A stretch of 64,000 bases of DNA from Bugula neritina. Its lineage: Eukaryota; Animalia; Bryozoa. Shown here piece by piece: positions 62,715 to 64,000 of this stretch (its first letter is position 1; every line of letters starts with the position of its first letter). The notes under the pieces are model-generated. The model saw only the letters and a program-made list of their open reading frames with translations, was not told the DNA's origin and searched no databases. The position numbers and the translations under genes are program-made. The DNA is taken from positions 5,116,741 through 5,180,740 of the forward strand of contig OZ037768.1 in NCBI GenBank assembly GCA_964035545.1, given 5' to 3'.

Positions 62715-63850
62715 ATGGAAACCTTATTCAAGTAAGTTCCAAATAATGTTATAAGACATGTACAGAAATAAGGGGCAATACTTTAAATAATATTTCCTTG
62801 CAACATAATGTTGACGTATATTCTGGGGCTTTCTAATTATAACTGCACATCACTTCATAACTAGTACACATTTTACAACTTTGATTATCTCAGATTTTTT
62901 GTTGGTTGGAAATGATTTGTTCTTATTGTTTGTTACCTGGCTCAACTGCTTATGACATTTAAAACCTATTTATTTGTTTTGTATCCACCGGAATGGAACA
63001 AACCAATTATTCCATTTCTGTAGCTGCACCCATAAGCTGGGTAATAATTACCTTCGGCAAATCATGGACACACAAGAATTATCTTCTTTTCTTGTCTCTT
63101 ATTGCTGTATTTGACTTGTCATTCCTGCTAATTTTGTAAGTTCTACATTATCGTGACGAAGCCTACTTTGTTATAGAAGCGATAATGACCACTCTCACAT
63201 AGCAAGTTGACCGTCACTATGTTATAAATAGCTTGACATTTATTATGGATTAACACTGCTTGCATTATGTAATTTCCATGTAGTTGGTCCACTCAAATCA
63301 TTTCAAAGAGTTAAATGAAGGCAAAGGAGTATAAATGAATAAAAAAATAGAGCAAATATAGTATATTACACTCTAATAAAATTAGCTACGGGTAGCAAAC
63401 AGTATTAATATTGCTAGTTTTGTTGTAGAGTTTTTATGTGTTTATGATTTATACGTGTGTTTGGTATGTATGTATTTTATAGCAATAATCAGTGTTAGTT
63501 GTTGATATGCATGTAATTAAGATACATTTAGGCGTAATAATTTCGTAGCGGAAAAGATGTATATGCAGACCAGAGTGTGTTGAGAAAACTGAAAAAGTCA
63601 TGCAAAATAACATTATTTCAGTATATTGACCTAAAATCCTCTTATGAAGTTCAAAGTAGAATAACTAGTGCAATTTTGGTGTCAAGTTAAATTAATGTTG
63701 CTACTGGGGCTAATAGTATATGTTCTGCTCTCAAGTAGAATGCCTGCCAGGACCAGAACAAGTCCATGTGCTGTAGAGCCAGTTAGTCTCACCAATGTTC
63801 AAGAACCTCGGAATGTCTTGTTTGACACACTGCATCACAAAGCTCACCAG
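62715..63850 (+). CDS. Probable first two coding exons of an unidentified gene continuing beyond the window
   Basis: aaaATGG start, exon 62715-62731 with donor gtaagt, phase-compatible exon 63739-63850 with donor gtaagc (METLFKMPARTRTSPCAVEPVSLTNVQEPRNVLFDTLHHKAHQ); CCAAT-like gattggcc at ~62436. Confidence 0.45.
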
Positions 63851-64000
63851 GTAAGCCCCGCCAACTCTGCTTTCTGTTTTGTGACTGTCTGAAAAATTTA
63901 TTTAATTTACAAACAATTGTAGTATTAGCTCGGTGCTCTGTAATTGAACATTTTAGTTTATTGTTTCTATATGTTATTTTTTTGCAATAAATTGCTAGTA

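Overview
AT-rich, intron-dense animal nuclear DNA. The embedded mitochondrial cox1 reads like a lophotrochozoan and probably a cheilostome bryozoan (inference). Six multi-exon or spliced housekeeping genes are compactly arranged: VPS45 (-), LIN54 (-), KAT6/MYST (-), VPS37B/C-like (+), DNAJC30-like (-) and POLG (+), plus the probable 5' end of an unidentified + strand gene near 62.7-63.9 kb. KAT6/VPS37 and DNAJC30/POLG are head-to-head pairs. Accessory DNA: a ~2.8 kb degraded NUMT (nad6, cox1, atp8, trnT, trnR, trnY, trnQ, atp6, trnF, nad3) inside an intron of POLG, the mtDNA replicase gene; a tRNA-derived SINE in two copies, one fused directly to a 5'-truncated LINE; a second decayed LINE; two hAT/Charlie elements with TSDs; nested MITE-like repeats; and microsatellites. 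The least explained signal is a degenerate 6-bp-periodic A(C/G)T-NAT tract just downstream of the inferred 5' end of all six identified genes. Exon structures were read by eye; no database searches were run.
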